A DNA stretch of 63,381 bases, filler included, from Eubacteriales bacterium (GCA_045636665.1; 4 parts of 4 records of this genome joined end to end with filler, not necessarily neighbours in it); one strand, 5' to 3'. Shown: positions 1 to 10,592, counted from the whole stretch's first letter. The notes: generated by a model not told the origin, from the letters alone. Translations and numbers: made by a program.

Positions 1-500
1 TCTTTTGCTTGTGCAACACAGATATCATCCGACGAAACAAATCACGTTTTAACCCCTCTGCTGCCCGCGATAGCGGCATCTATTTGCAGTTCACCAACTT
101 CTTTTCCGTCAATTAGATGAGATACAAAGGTTGATGATGAATAAACGTGAGAGAGCGTTGCTTTGGGCGTATCATAAGCGTGATATCCGATAAACAAAAC
201 ACCGTCAAAGCTATTGTCGATTCCGGGAAAACGTAAACGACTTCCCGCCCCGATAATAAATTTACACCTTTTATCAAAAGCGGTATAATCAAAATTGACA
301 CCCGTACCGTGACAATCCCAAATAACCACCTCTTCCGCACCGTTGTCAAACAATGCTTTTGCAGCGGCATTCGCCTCGCGCATACCTTGTTGTACGGCAA
401 ATTGATAGTTTTTGGTTCCTTCGGCAAGGCCTTGTCCATAAGAGCCGACAACACACGCCAAACCTTCTAAATCTACACTTATACAATATTTAGTTCCCAT
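1..500 (-). pseudogene. dppA: M55 family D-aminopeptidase (DppA-like) interrupted by an in-frame TGA at 42-44; frame continues to the window edge (real nonsense mutation or sequencing error)
   Basis: SVDLEG, DCHG, FIGYHA, LSHVY and VGE motifs; after GVKT-TGA the same frame reads FVSSDDICVAQAK, matching the family's GVPVIFVSGDD segment. Confidence 0.75.
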
Positions 501-574
501 AGTGTACTCCGCCTATTGAAAAATTAATTTTTTTCAGTATAATAAAAATATAAAAGAACAGAAAGGTTTTAATT

Positions 575-1354
575 ATGGAAAAAAGTGAACTTAAAAAGAT
601 AAAACTATTCGTTTTAGATATGGATGGTACGATTTATTTGGGAGAAAAAATTCTTCCCGGTGCAATCGAATTCGTTAAAACCGCACGCGAAAGCGGAAGA
701 AAGGTTGCGTTTTTCACCAATAACGCTTCTAAAAATCCGATGAATTACGTTGACAAGCTAAACCGTATGGGTTTTGGCGCGACAAGAAACGACATTGTAA
801 CGGCAGGAGACGTGACCATCGAATACTTAAAGCGTAACCACCCGAATGAAGCAGTATATCTTGTCGGCACACCTGCACTCGAGCAATCATTTATAGAATC
901 GGGCATCACTCTTTCCGAAGAGGCAAATATTGTCGTAAGTTCATTTGACACGACCCTTACCTATGAAAAGCTCGTTATAGCATGTGATTTAATCAGAAAC
1001 GGCGCAAAATTTTATTGCACGCACCCCGACTTTAATTGCCCCACAGAAAACGGATTTATTCCCGACAGCGGCGCAATCGCCGCATTAATCACCGCTTCGA
1101 CAAACGTTGAGCCCAAATATTTCGGCAAGCCTTTTAAAGAAACCGCAGATATGATTTCCGAGCTTTACGGTGTTCCTTTTGAAGAAACCGCGATTGTTGG
1201 TGACCGACTTTATACCGACATTGCGCTTGGCAAGAACAACGGTTTAATGTCTATCTTGGTGCTTTCGGGCGAAACCAAAATCGAAGACGTTAACGAAACA
1301 AACGCACCCGATATTATTCTTGATGGCATCGGCGAAATCATTAAATATTTTTAA
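575..1354 (+). CDS. HAD-IIA family hydrolase (NagD-like sugar phosphatase)
   Basis: DMDGT motif I, TNN motif II, GKP, and GDRLYTD motif IV. Confidence 0.9.
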   Translation: MEKSELKKIKLFVLDMDGTIYLGEKILPGAIEFVKTARESGRKVAFFTNNASKNPMNYVDKLNRMGFGATRNDIVTAGDVTIEYLKRNHPNEAVYLVGTPALEQSFIESGITLSEEANIVVSSFDTTLTYEKLVIACDLIRNGAKFYCTHPDFNCPTENGFIPDSGAIAALITASTNVEPKYFGKPFKETADMISELYGVPFEETAIVGDRLYTDIALGKNNGLMSILVLSGETKIEDVNETNAPDIILDGIGEIIKYF

Positions 1355-2456
1355 AGCAACCTAATCTTAAACCGTTAACCGATTCACCTCTTCCCACGCT
1401 TACAATCACTCCAAAGCAATTCATAGGAAGTTCAGACATATATTCAAAGGTTAACGAGTCACTGCACAATCTGGTAATAATACGCTTGGTGTTCTCTCCT
1501 ATGGGGAGAACATCTTTTATTATACCCAAGCGCTTCTTTTCGTTCAAGTAATAAGCCAACTGACCAAAATGCGCTTTATCAGGCATACCGTTTATATCGT
1601 TATTAACTCTTAAAAGGTATAGATAATCGCCATCGCCAACGTTCGGACGACCAACCGCCACGGTAGCATTATCTTCGGAAGTGAAAACAAATCTTATCGG
1701 CGCATTTTTAAGATATGTGAGCGCGCTGTAATAACCGAGTGCGCGAGCGCAAACGTTTTCAAAGCTACCCCCTAAACCAAATCGAAGGATGTTGTTGGAG
1801 GAAATAGAATTACAAAGCACGAGCGAAAATACCGCATTGTAGCCCGATAAGAAAGCTTCAAAATGTTCGCCGTTAAGATTCAGCGATGTCTTTTCGGAGT
1901 TGTTTATAATTGCTCTGTCGGCGGAAGAAACAACCTCGTTGCCCGAAGTTATCAAAATCTTTTCTGTGCTGATAACCTCGCCAACCTTTTCAATATTAAC
2001 CGAATTTTTCTTAGCTTGTTCGAAAAGCTTCTGCGCCTTTTTGGGCTGTGCAACCAAGAATCGTTTTGTTTCCGCAGCGGCAAAGTTGTTTCCAAATGCA
2101 CTGATATCAACGGTTACACCGTTGTGCAAGGAAAACAACGAATATATACCGCAATACGAGTTTTTGAAAAGCTTTTTCATCAAGCGCCTATTCGAATTTG
2201 CTCGATGATCATATGCAAAGATAATATTACCCGCATTTTCATTAGGTTCCTTATCTTTGATTACCGCTTCGGCGCAATTGATAATATCCATTACGGTAAA
2301 AGAATCGGAGCATTCAACGTATTTAATAAAACGCGAAAACACGTTACTGATTCGCACCTCATTAATGTTTACGGCTCCAACCTTTTTATATAATACAGAA
2401 TGCAAACCGTATGAAAGATCATTGTCTATATTGATATTTTCAAAATTTGTATTCAT
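1341..2456 (-). CDS. Hypothetical protein with remote, degenerate resemblance to clostridial PurL (FGAM synthase) segments
   Basis: 371-aa ORF with GGAGG RBS, 13 bp after mtaB; segments resemble PurL by eye; no catalytic motifs seen. Confidence 0.55.
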   Translation of the reverse strand: MNTNFENINIDNDLSYGLHSVLYKKVGAVNINEVRISNVFSRFIKYVECSDSFTVMDIINCAEAVIKDKEPNENAGNIIFAYDHRANSNRRLMKKLFKNSYCGIYSLFSLHNGVTVDISAFGNNFAAAETKRFLVAQPKKAQKLFEQAKKNSVNIEKVGEVISTEKILITSGNEVVSSADRAIINNSEKTSLNLNGEHFEAFLSGYNAVFSLVLCNSISSNNILRFGLGGSFENVCARALGYYSALTYLKNAPIRFVFTSEDNATVAVGRPNVGDGDYLYLLRVNNDINGMPDKAHFGQLAYYLNEKKRLGIIKDVLPIGENTKRIITRLCSDSLTFEYMSELPMNCFGVIVSVGRGESVNGLRLGCFKNI

Positions 2457-2469
2457 TTTATTCCTCCGG

Positions 2470-3744
2470 TCATAATTTCACACCGCACAACATATCGCCA
2501 TCGTGTGAAATCAATTTGATTTTAACTATATCGCCAACACGGCAAGCATCAGCATCAAAATACGCTTCTAAGAAATGCTCGGTGTGTCCGAATGCCTTTC
2601 CATCGACAATCTTTTCGATTAGAACGGAAGCGTTTTGATTGATAAAAGTATCAAGAATGTTACGTTTTGTGTCCGAACAAGATGCAATCAGACGAGCGTT
2701 ACGTTCAGCACGTTCGTTTTTCGGCACTTGTTCTGTCATTTCTGCCGCTATCGTACCGGGACGTTCGGAATACGGGAAAGAATGGACGTGAAAAATCTTC
2801 AATTCTTTTAAGGTTTCCAACGTCTCCAAAAAATCGCTTTCGCTTTCACCGGGAAAACCAACGATAATATCGGCAGATAACATACAGTTCGGAATAAATT
2901 TTCTGATAAGCGCAACCTTTTCACAGATATCCTTTTTGCGGTATGCGCGTTTCATATTAGTAAGTACCGAATCACAGCAGGACTGTATCGACAGATGAAG
3001 ATGCGGCATAAAGTTTTCAATCTTTGATAGCCGTGTTAAAAATCTTTCGGTAATTATATTCGGAGAAAGCGAACCGAGTCTTAACCTTTGTACACCCTCG
3101 ACCAATGAAACTTTTTCGATCAATTCATCCAACGGAATCTTATTATATGCTCCTACTTCAATGCCTGTAAGAATAATTTCGGAATATCCGTTAAGTACCA
3201 ACCGTTTTGCTTCGGAAACAACATTTTCAGGGCATCTCGAACGAACCGAGCCGCGGCATTTCGGTATAATGCAATAGGTGCATTTTCCGTTACAACCGTC
3301 TTGAATCTTTATAAACGCTCTGCATTCGGAGAATAAATCATCTTTACCGCAAATATAAAGCTCTTCATACGGGGCATTGTCCATCGGTCTGACAAAATCA
3401 CCTTTGGTGTTATCGTTACTAAGGATAATATCGACAACTTTGCCTTTGTCGTTGTTTCCGCCAACGTAGATAACGTTATCCAAATCGATAAAGCTATTTT
3501 TTAGTTGAGCGGCACAACCGATAACGAGAACCTTGCCAACGGACGCCAACCGTCTTATGATTTGTCGGCTTTTTCGTTCACTTTCACTTGTTACGGCGCA
3601 GGTATTGACTACATAATAATCGCATACGCCCTTTTTTGAAACGGTACAACCGTTTTCCCGCAGTCTTTCTGCTATAGCGCAGGATTCATACATATTAACG
3701 CGACACCCAAGCGTATAAATCCCAACGGTAATATTATTCTTCAT
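2470..3744 (-). CDS. mtaB: tRNA threonylcarbamoyladenosine methylthiotransferase MtaB
   Basis: TLGCRVNMYES, NTCAVT, KIQDGCNGKCTYC radical-SAM motif, HVHSFPYSERPGT, C-terminal TRAM-like region. Confidence 0.9.
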   Translation of the reverse strand: MKNNITVGIYTLGCRVNMYESCAIAERLRENGCTVSKKGVCDYYVVNTCAVTSESERKSRQIIRRLASVGKVLVIGCAAQLKNSFIDLDNVIYVGGNNDKGKVVDIILSNDNTKGDFVRPMDNAPYEELYICGKDDLFSECRAFIKIQDGCNGKCTYCIIPKCRGSVRSRCPENVVSEAKRLVLNGYSEIILTGIEVGAYNKIPLDELIEKVSLVEGVQRLRLGSLSPNIITERFLTRLSKIENFMPHLHLSIQSCCDSVLTNMKRAYRKKDICEKVALIRKFIPNCMLSADIIVGFPGESESDFLETLETLKELKIFHVHSFPYSERPGTIAAEMTEQVPKNERAERNARLIASCSDTKRNILDTFINQNASVLIEKIVDGKAFGHTEHFLEAYFDADACRVGDIVKIKLISHDGDMLCGVKL

Positions 3745-4324
3745 TATTTATCCTCGTTACGGCAGATACATATTCTTCTTCGGTACACAATAAATTTATC
3801 GCTTCAAGCAATGCTTTTGCGGTTAGCGTTTTTGGGAAATTTAAAATTCCCGCCAACTTTTGACGCCTTAAAGAGGAGTTATTGTTCCCCGAAAAGCCAT
3901 CCTCATAAAATCGTGTTTTTGTAATTTGGCTTTGGTTTCTTAATTTGTCACCGACAAACGGTAATAACAATTCACGCAAAACCGAAGAATCGATACCCTC
4001 GACACCCAAAATACCATCAGCAGATTCTTTTGCTTTTCTTCGCTCTTTCCCTGCAATGGCAGGTGTATATACATTGTATATGTTCCCTTTTACGATTCCT
4101 TTTAGCTTAGCGCGAAGAAAATTCCCCGCTCTATCGCTATCTGCCAACAAAATTATTCCTTTTTCGTTTGATAACCGTTTTATCAGACCTTTTTTATCTT
4201 CGTTTTTAAATATCGAAAAACCGTCAAGAGTGATTATCGGTGAAGATATTACAAGACTAAGCTTTGCTTTATCATATTTTCCTTCAACGATTACGGGAAA
4301 TTTCAAATTCAGCTTATCTTCCAT
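3734..4324 (-). CDS. rnmV: Ribonuclease M5-like Toprim/DUF4093 protein
   Basis: IVEGKYD and LADSDRAG Toprim motifs; GILGVEG; C-terminal RRQKLAGILNFP. Confidence 0.75.
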   Translation of the reverse strand: MEDKLNLKFPVIVEGKYDKAKLSLVISSPIITLDGFSIFKNEDKKGLIKRLSNEKGIILLADSDRAGNFLRAKLKGIVKGNIYNVYTPAIAGKERRKAKESADGILGVEGIDSSVLRELLLPFVGDKLRNQSQITKTRFYEDGFSGNNNSSLRRQKLAGILNFPKTLTAKALLEAINLLCTEEEYVSAVTRINNEE

Positions 4325-5357
4325 AAGTACATATCCTATAAAAAGCGAGTTCGAGTATTCTTAACGGATTGCCTCGGTAGCTCTTAATTTTTTTGTCGGC
4401 CAAATTAAGCTCATTAATAGCAAAATTAAGGACGCCGACATCGGTTTTTCCAACCGCCGCCGCTTTTTTCTTGCATATCCAATCTTTTATCTTGGTTTCC
4501 TTTGAAATTACATCCAAATTTTTTCCGGAATCAATGCCCAATTTAATCATTAGCATTTCGGCATATTCTTTTGCGAGGAATCCAACAGCCATAGAAATGG
4601 AATCGCGGTCTAAATTCAAGCTGTACAAAATCTTATTTGCCAAAACTATATCGCGTTTGTTTAACGCGGTTACTATATCAAAATACTTATACGCACTGTT
4701 AGAACAGCAATACTTTCTTACATCATAAACGCTTATGGGTGCGCCGTTGTAAATTTCGGCAAGCTTCAATATCTCGCCTTGAAGTATATACATATCGCTT
4801 CCGCATACGTTAATCAGTTCTCTCGGGACCGAAAAATCAAATTTAACGTTTTTTGCATTAAGGTGGCGTGTAATCCATGTTGTAAGCTTATCCGCCTTTT
4901 CGTTTTCGAACTCAACCACCAAACCGTTTTCGCGTACAACCTTTATGAAAGCATTTAACAGCTTCTTTTGTCCCTTTTCCTTATCGCCCTTATCATCGTC
5001 ATTTTCATTATGACGCAAAACAATAAGCATTGTTATATAATCGGGGATATCCGAAAAAATTCTTGAGTACTCCTCAATATCACTCTCAGTGAATTTGGCG
5101 GATTCTAAATCGGTAATTTCAATCAATTTTATATCCCACATATAGGGCAAGGAGTATATTGCATCCTCCAAATCGCTTATATTGTCGTTCGCTATATTGA
5201 AATACAAGTGATTAAATTCGGGCAAGGGTGATGAATCAACCTTGCTTCTGATTAAAGATGCATAATGGTCTTTTGTATATTCCTCGGCACCGCAAAACAG
5301 AAAAACTCCCGAAATATTATTCTCTTTTAATTTGGTTTTTAATATATCAAGGCTCAT
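4314..5357 (-). CDS. holA: DNA polymerase III delta subunit
   Basis: LFCGAEEY N-terminus, SLPYM, EILKL, DKKIKS; directly follows comEC (conserved order). Confidence 0.9.
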   Translation of the reverse strand: MSLDILKTKLKENNISGVFLFCGAEEYTKDHYASLIRSKVDSSPLPEFNHLYFNIANDNISDLEDAIYSLPYMWDIKLIEITDLESAKFTESDIEEYSRIFSDIPDYITMLIVLRHNENDDDKGDKEKGQKKLLNAFIKVVRENGLVVEFENEKADKLTTWITRHLNAKNVKFDFSVPRELINVCGSDMYILQGEILKLAEIYNGAPISVYDVRKYCCSNSAYKYFDIVTALNKRDIVLANKILYSLNLDRDSISMAVGFLAKEYAEMLMIKLGIDSGKNLDVISKETKIKDWICKKKAAAVGKTDVGVLNFAINELNLADKKIKSYRGNPLRILELAFYRICTYGR

Positions 5358-7551
5358 AAATTTTTCTTCCGCTTTCGCCGTCTTTCAAAACAATTCTTAT
5401 CCTATCGGAAAAGGTGTCGACATATCCGTCATATGAAGAATTAGCAACCGATTCTCCCTTAAAATACACGTCATTATAGGAAGCGTTAAGTAAATACTCA
5501 TCGGAAAAACCATTAAAAATCGCAACATCGCAATGACCTGCTACAGGAAATCCGTCCAAGAAGATATTAACCGAATCATTCGCATCCATAATCGAAAGCA
5601 ACGACCCGCCAAGCATATCATCTATTATAAAAGTCATCTCGACATCGTTTACCTTATATTCAAACGCTTCATCAAATTCAATTATATCATAATTCCTTTC
5701 ATTTGCCAACAAAATTATTTCATTATATATATCAATTTCGTAAATTTTTTTGGGTTTTGGCAAAATCACTTGCGAAATTGAAGTTCTACCGCTGAAAAAA
5801 CAGAAATTTTTATATGAATAATCATTATAGTTTGTCAAAACATACTTTTCAACCGAGGTGTAACCGTTTTCATAAATTACCGTAGGCTCCGACGTATATC
5901 CGCCTATATCAAAATACACACTCGTTTCTTCGTTTCTAAAGAAGACATATTCACCGCCAAGCTCACCGTATTCAATTAGCGTAAGCCCAAACTGTGAAAT
6001 ATTATTCAGCACTCCGCAAACTGCAATCGAAACGCAGAATGCAATTGATGAAATTGTAAATACCTTTAAGCGATTTTTATGTAAAAACAAAAGTGAAATA
6101 ATCATCGCAACAGAAAATATGCAAGGGATAATAATCCAATCAACGTGCGAAGAAATCTTTCCGATATCGGATTTATAAATCCACTCGCTTATATCTGTTA
6201 TGAAATCAAAAGCATATCCTGCCGGAGCCGCCACAACCTCCGCAATAGGCATTGCGAAGGAAGCCAATAAAAAAGCAATGAATGCAAAAGCCAAAGCGTA
6301 TGAAAATATCGGAACGACGATTATATTAACAAGCGGAGAGATATAAGAAACCGAATCAAACGTCGTTAAAATAACAATGAAAGAAAACACGGTCGTTGAT
6401 AAAGACATTAGCGCAGGGGCGATAACCGCGTTTAAAGCGGAATATAAGAAATTTACAAGATTATTTTCGGATAATTCACCTTTAATTTTAAAGAACTCAT
6501 AAATGCGATCTAAAATCGGTTCTGTTACCAAAATTGCCAAGCTTGCAAGAAAAGAAAGCTCCAAGCTTACCGAAAATAATGAATAGGGATTAATCAATAA
6601 TAACGCTCCAAGCGCAATAAAAAGCACAGTTATACTGTCCGCTCGTTTTAAAAAGACCTTTGATGCCATTATTGCAAGAATCATTATCGACGCTCGAGTA
6701 ACGCTCGGCGTAAAGCCGACAAACGCCGCATACATCAACACGATTACACCCGAAATAACACTCGATGTCCTTTTGCTAAATGACAGCAAAAGCAAAAGTC
6801 TGTGCAGACACATTGCGATTAACGTAACGTGCAAACCGCTTATCGCCAAAATATGCGAAACACCGCCCGAATTGTATACAGAATATAAATACGAATCTAT
6901 ATCGCTTTTATCGCCTGCCACAACCGCCTTAGAAATAGAATCGGCATATTCAAAATCTTCATAAAGCTTTTCTGCAGACTCCGAAACAAATCGTCTTATA
7001 TTACAAAACAATCCGTCACCGTGTTTTACTTTTATTACTTTTCCGCTTGCCGTCAACGCAATGCCGTTTGAAAAATATTTTTCGCCATCTTGCGCTTTAT
7101 ACGTTACATCGGCGACTATTTCATCGCCTGCTACAAGCGTTTCAAACTCATAATCGGTATACAAAAGCAGATTTTCGCCATTGTTTACACCGATATCAGA
7201 CGAAATAGCCTTTAATTCAAGTGAATTTTCCTTGATTTCGATAATTTCAAACGTCGCGGTATCATCTTTATAGTCGTATTGTTCGTACGATGAAGCGGCA
7301 TAATTATAAATACTAACACGCAAAACACCAAAAGAGAAAGCGGCAACCGCAAAGGTAGCCGCTAAAATCTTTTTTACGTTAAATTCTTTTCTTGCACGAG
7401 AAAAATATACAAATGCGCACAAAGAAAGCAGAGCAATTACAGAAAATATCGCGCACAAAGAGAAGGTGTCGACATTGAACACTTTAACGCCAAAAACAAC
7501 ACCAATTGCAAAAATCGATACAGCAATTGCAATATAACGCTTTCCGAACAC
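5347..7551 (-). CDS. comEC: ComEC/Rec2 DNA uptake channel with a degenerate C-terminal metallo-beta-lactamase-like region
   Basis: GVSHILAISGLHV, PSVTRASIM, NPYSLFSVSLELSFLA; many TM segments; GTG start. Confidence 0.9.
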   Translation of the reverse strand: MFGKRYIAIAVSIFAIGVVFGVKVFNVDTFSLCAIFSVIALLSLCAFVYFSRARKEFNVKKILAATFAVAAFSFGVLRVSIYNYAASSYEQYDYKDDTATFEIIEIKENSLELKAISSDIGVNNGENLLLYTDYEFETLVAGDEIVADVTYKAQDGEKYFSNGIALTASGKVIKVKHGDGLFCNIRRFVSESAEKLYEDFEYADSISKAVVAGDKSDIDSYLYSVYNSGGVSHILAISGLHVTLIAMCLHRLLLLLSFSKRTSSVISGVIVLMYAAFVGFTPSVTRASIMILAIMASKVFLKRADSITVLFIALGALLLINPYSLFSVSLELSFLASLAILVTEPILDRIYEFFKIKGELSENNLVNFLYSALNAVIAPALMSLSTTVFSFIVILTTFDSVSYISPLVNIIVVPIFSYALAFAFIAFLLASFAMPIAEVVAAPAGYAFDFITDISEWIYKSDIGKISSHVDWIIIPCIFSVAMIISLLFLHKNRLKVFTISSIAFCVSIAVCGVLNNISQFGLTLIEYGELGGEYVFFRNEETSVYFDIGGYTSEPTVIYENGYTSVEKYVLTNYNDYSYKNFCFFSGRTSISQVILPKPKKIYEIDIYNEIILLANERNYDIIEFDEAFEYKVNDVEMTFIIDDMLGGSLLSIMDANDSVNIFLDGFPVAGHCDVAIFNGFSDEYLLNASYNDVYFKGESVANSSYDGYVDTFSDRIRIVLKDGESGRKIYEP

Positions 7552-7567
7552 GTTGACAATTCCTTAT

Positions 7568-7906
7568 TTATGCAAGTTTAACAGGGAGCTTTTCGCCGCC
7601 CAAAATGTGGAAATGAAGATGCTTTACACTTTGACCGCCGTCTTCACCAACATTGGTAATAACTCTATAACCGTTTGTAAGTCCGCATTCTTTTGCTACA
7701 ACGGGAATCGCCTCGATAACCTTTGCGATAGCGCAGACGTTTGACGAATCGGCACAGTCGATAGAATCGATATGTGTTTTGGGAACAACAAGAACGTGAA
7801 CCGCCGCATTGGGATTTATGTCCTTGAATGCATAAACGTATTCATTTTCATAAACCTTTGCCGAAGGAATATCGCCATTAATAATTTTACAAAACAAGCA
7901 ATCCAT
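7568..7906 (-). CDS. Histidine triad (HIT) nucleotide-binding protein
   Basis: MDCLFCKII and HLHFHILGG motif. Confidence 0.95.
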   Translation of the reverse strand: MDCLFCKIINGDIPSAKVYENEYVYAFKDINPNAAVHVLVVPKTHIDSIDCADSSNVCAIAKVIEAIPVVAKECGLTNGYRVITNVGEDGGQSVKHLHFHILGGEKLPVKLA

Positions 7907-7917
7907 AAAAATGCTCC

Positions 7918-10551
7918 TTACTTAATTTGCGACGCAAGAATATTTTCTGCTTCAGCAAGTGCATCGGGAATTTTGGTTGCATCCTTACCGCCGGAAGAAG
8001 CGCTGTTAGGTCTGCCACCGCCGCCACCGCCTACGATAGGAGAAATTGCTTTGAGGAGGTTACCTGCATGTGCGCCGTTTTTAACAGCGGCAACACCGCA
8101 AGCCGAAACCAAGAGAACCTTGCCTTCGTTTACGGTAGAAAATACGCAAACGGCATTTTCATCTTTTGCAACGATCTTATCGGCAGAATCGCGCAATGCA
8201 TCAACAGTCGCACCATCAAAGCTTGCTCTTACAAGCTTTGCGCCCTTAACGTCAACAGCATCCGCATACGCCTTATCAACCGCTTCGGAAGCCGCCTTGA
8301 GATTCATAGCGTCAAGCTCTTTCTTAAGGCGCTTTGTTTCTTCAAGAAGCTGTTCGGATTTATGAATAATATCGTCCTTGCTAACAGCCTTCACTGTCTT
8401 TTTAACTTCTTCGAGAAGCTTTTCTTCGTTACGCATAGCGGAAAGGGTGTTGATACCGGTTGTAAGCTCAATTCTTCTTACACCTGCAGCAACGGACGCT
8501 TCGGAAACTATACGCATAAGGCCAAGACAACCCGTTGCGGAAACGTGAGTACCGCCGCAAAGCTCAACCGAATAATCGCCCATCGACACTACACGAACCA
8601 ACGAACCGTATTTTTCACCGAACAAAGCCATCGCGCCCTTTGCACGCGCTTCATCGGGAGTCATAATATCGGTATTAACATTTACGTTTTCAAGGATTTG
8701 AGCGTTAACCGCATCTTCAACCGCAAGAAGCTCTTCGGAGGTAAGAGCAGAACCGTGAGTAAAGTCGAATCTGCCGCGTTCTTCTGTTACGTAAGAGCCT
8801 GCCTGTTCAACGTGAGTACCCAAAACCTTACGAAGTGCCGCTTGGAGAAGGTGGAGTGCAGAGTGGTTACGGCGAATAGCATTTCTTCTGCATACGTCGA
8901 TCTTTGCAACAGCTTTTCCCTTTTCGAGAGTGCCTTCTTCAACGAAACCGATATGCAAATACTGACCTTCGGGAGTTTTTTGAGTATCGGTAACTACAAA
9001 TCGGCATTTATCGGTAACGATAACACCGGTGTCGCCAACCTGTCCGCCGCCTTCGGCATAGAAGGGAGTTTTATCGGTAATTACGGTTGCATTTCCACCA
9101 GCGAGGAATCCAACGTCTTCACCATCGGAAATGATGTATTCGATATTACATTCGCATTCGTTATCGGTATAACCGACAAATTCGGTAGGCTTAGATTTAT
9201 CGATCATCGCGAGAGCATCGCCTGCCCAACCTGCATCGATATTCGCTCTTGCTTCTCTTGCGCGATTCTTCTGTTCCTGCATCAAAGCGCGGAATGCTTC
9301 CTCATCAACGAAAATGCCCTTTTCTTCGGTAATTTCCTTGGTAAGGTCAATCGGGAATCCATAGGTATCATAAAGCTTAAAAACATTTTCGCCGGAAAGA
9401 ACCTTTTCGCCGCTTGCTTCGGTTTCGGCAATCATTTTCGAAAGGATCGAAAGACCCGCATCGAGTGTTTGTGCAAAACGATCCTCTTCTGCTTTAATAG
9501 TCTTTTTAATATACTCCTTGCGTTCGGAAAGTTCGGGATATGCGCCGCAATTGTTTGCGATTACAACGTCGCAAACGTCACCGAGGAACGTACCCTTAAT
9601 GCCGAGAAGTCTACCGTGACGAGCCGCACGGCGAAGAACACGGCGAAGAATATATCCTCTGCCTTCATTGGAAGGAATAACGCCGTCGCCGATAAGGAAG
9701 GTAGCGGTTTTGATATGGTCGGTAATAACTCTGATAGAAACATCATTATCAGACGAGCTGCCCTGATATTCCTTACCGCAAAGCTCACAAACCTTATTAA
9801 GAATGCTTCTGTTGGTATCAACCTCGAAAAGGTTACCTACGTCTTGCATAACACACGCAAGTCTTTCAAGACCCATACCCGTGTCGATATTGGGATGAGC
9901 AAGTCTTGTGTATGTACCGTTTCCGTCGCTATCAAATTGGGTGAATACTATGTTCCAAACCTCGATAAATCTGTCGCAATCGCAACCAACCTTACAATCG
10001 GGCTTGCCGCAACCGTATTTTTCGCCGCGGTCAAAATAGATTTCGGAACAAGGACCGCAGGGACCCGAACCGATTTCCCAGAAGTTATCCTCCTTGCCGA
10101 AACGAACTATACGTTCTGCAGGGATGCCGTTTTTAACCCAAATATCAGACGCTTCATCATCTTCAAGATAGATGCTGGGGTAAAGTCTGTCTTCGGGAAT
10201 ACCCATCACCTTTGTGAGGAACTCCCAAGCCCACGGAATTGCTTCTTCCTTGAAATAGTCGCCGAACGAGAAGTTACCGAGCATTTCAAAGAAAGTGCCG
10301 TGACGCGCGGTTTTACCTACGTTATCGATATCAAGTGTACGAACGCACTTTTGGCATGTGGTTACACGCTTGCGGGGCGGTACACGTTCACCGGTAAAAT
10401 ACTTTTTAAGAGGTGCCATGCCCGCATTGATGAGAAGCAAAGAATCGTCATCCTGCGGAACAAGGGGAAAAGAATTCATGCAAAGGTGGCCCTTGCTTTC
10501 AAAAAATTCAAGATATTTTTTACGGATTTCATTAAGTGAAATGGGTTGCAT
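7918..10551 (-). CDS. alaS: Alanine--tRNA ligase
   Basis: RHGTFFEMLGNFSFGDYFK, IDTGMGLER, HSALHLL, ELCGGTH, GGGGGRP. Confidence 0.98.
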   Translation of the reverse strand: MQPISLNEIRKKYLEFFESKGHLCMNSFPLVPQDDDSLLLINAGMAPLKKYFTGERVPPRKRVTTCQKCVRTLDIDNVGKTARHGTFFEMLGNFSFGDYFKEEAIPWAWEFLTKVMGIPEDRLYPSIYLEDDEASDIWVKNGIPAERIVRFGKEDNFWEIGSGPCGPCSEIYFDRGEKYGCGKPDCKVGCDCDRFIEVWNIVFTQFDSDGNGTYTRLAHPNIDTGMGLERLACVMQDVGNLFEVDTNRSILNKVCELCGKEYQGSSSDNDVSIRVITDHIKTATFLIGDGVIPSNEGRGYILRRVLRRAARHGRLLGIKGTFLGDVCDVVIANNCGAYPELSERKEYIKKTIKAEEDRFAQTLDAGLSILSKMIAETEASGEKVLSGENVFKLYDTYGFPIDLTKEITEEKGIFVDEEAFRALMQEQKNRAREARANIDAGWAGDALAMIDKSKPTEFVGYTDNECECNIEYIISDGEDVGFLAGGNATVITDKTPFYAEGGGQVGDTGVIVTDKCRFVVTDTQKTPEGQYLHIGFVEEGTLEKGKAVAKIDVCRRNAIRRNHSALHLLQAALRKVLGTHVEQAGSYVTEERGRFDFTHGSALTSEELLAVEDAVNAQILENVNVNTDIMTPDEARAKGAMALFGEKYGSLVRVVSMGDYSVELCGGTHVSATGCLGLMRIVSEASVAAGVRRIELTTGINTLSAMRNEEKLLEEVKKTVKAVSKDDIIHKSEQLLEETKRLKKELDAMNLKAASEAVDKAYADAVDVKGAKLVRASFDGATVDALRDSADKIVAKDENAVCVFSTVNEGKVLLVSACGVAAVKNGAHAGNLLKAISPIVGGGGGGRPNSASSGGKDATKIPDALAEAENILASQIK

Positions 10552-10592
10552 TTTATTTGTGATCCTTTCAGATTTTTAAACGTTTTTGAAAA

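Noticed and set aside
42..44. Genome-wide TGA recoding or selenocysteine suggested by the dppA stop
   Set aside because: comEC, nrdD, clpX and several spoIIIA genes end at TGA at their expected C-termini, and the position is not a Cys column.
7927..10539. 870-aa antisense ORF over alaS (similar ones over the epimerase, nrdD, dacF, guaA and tig)
   Set aside because: Codon-aligned shadows of real genes that rarely use TTA/CTA/TCA; no RBS or recognisable motifs.
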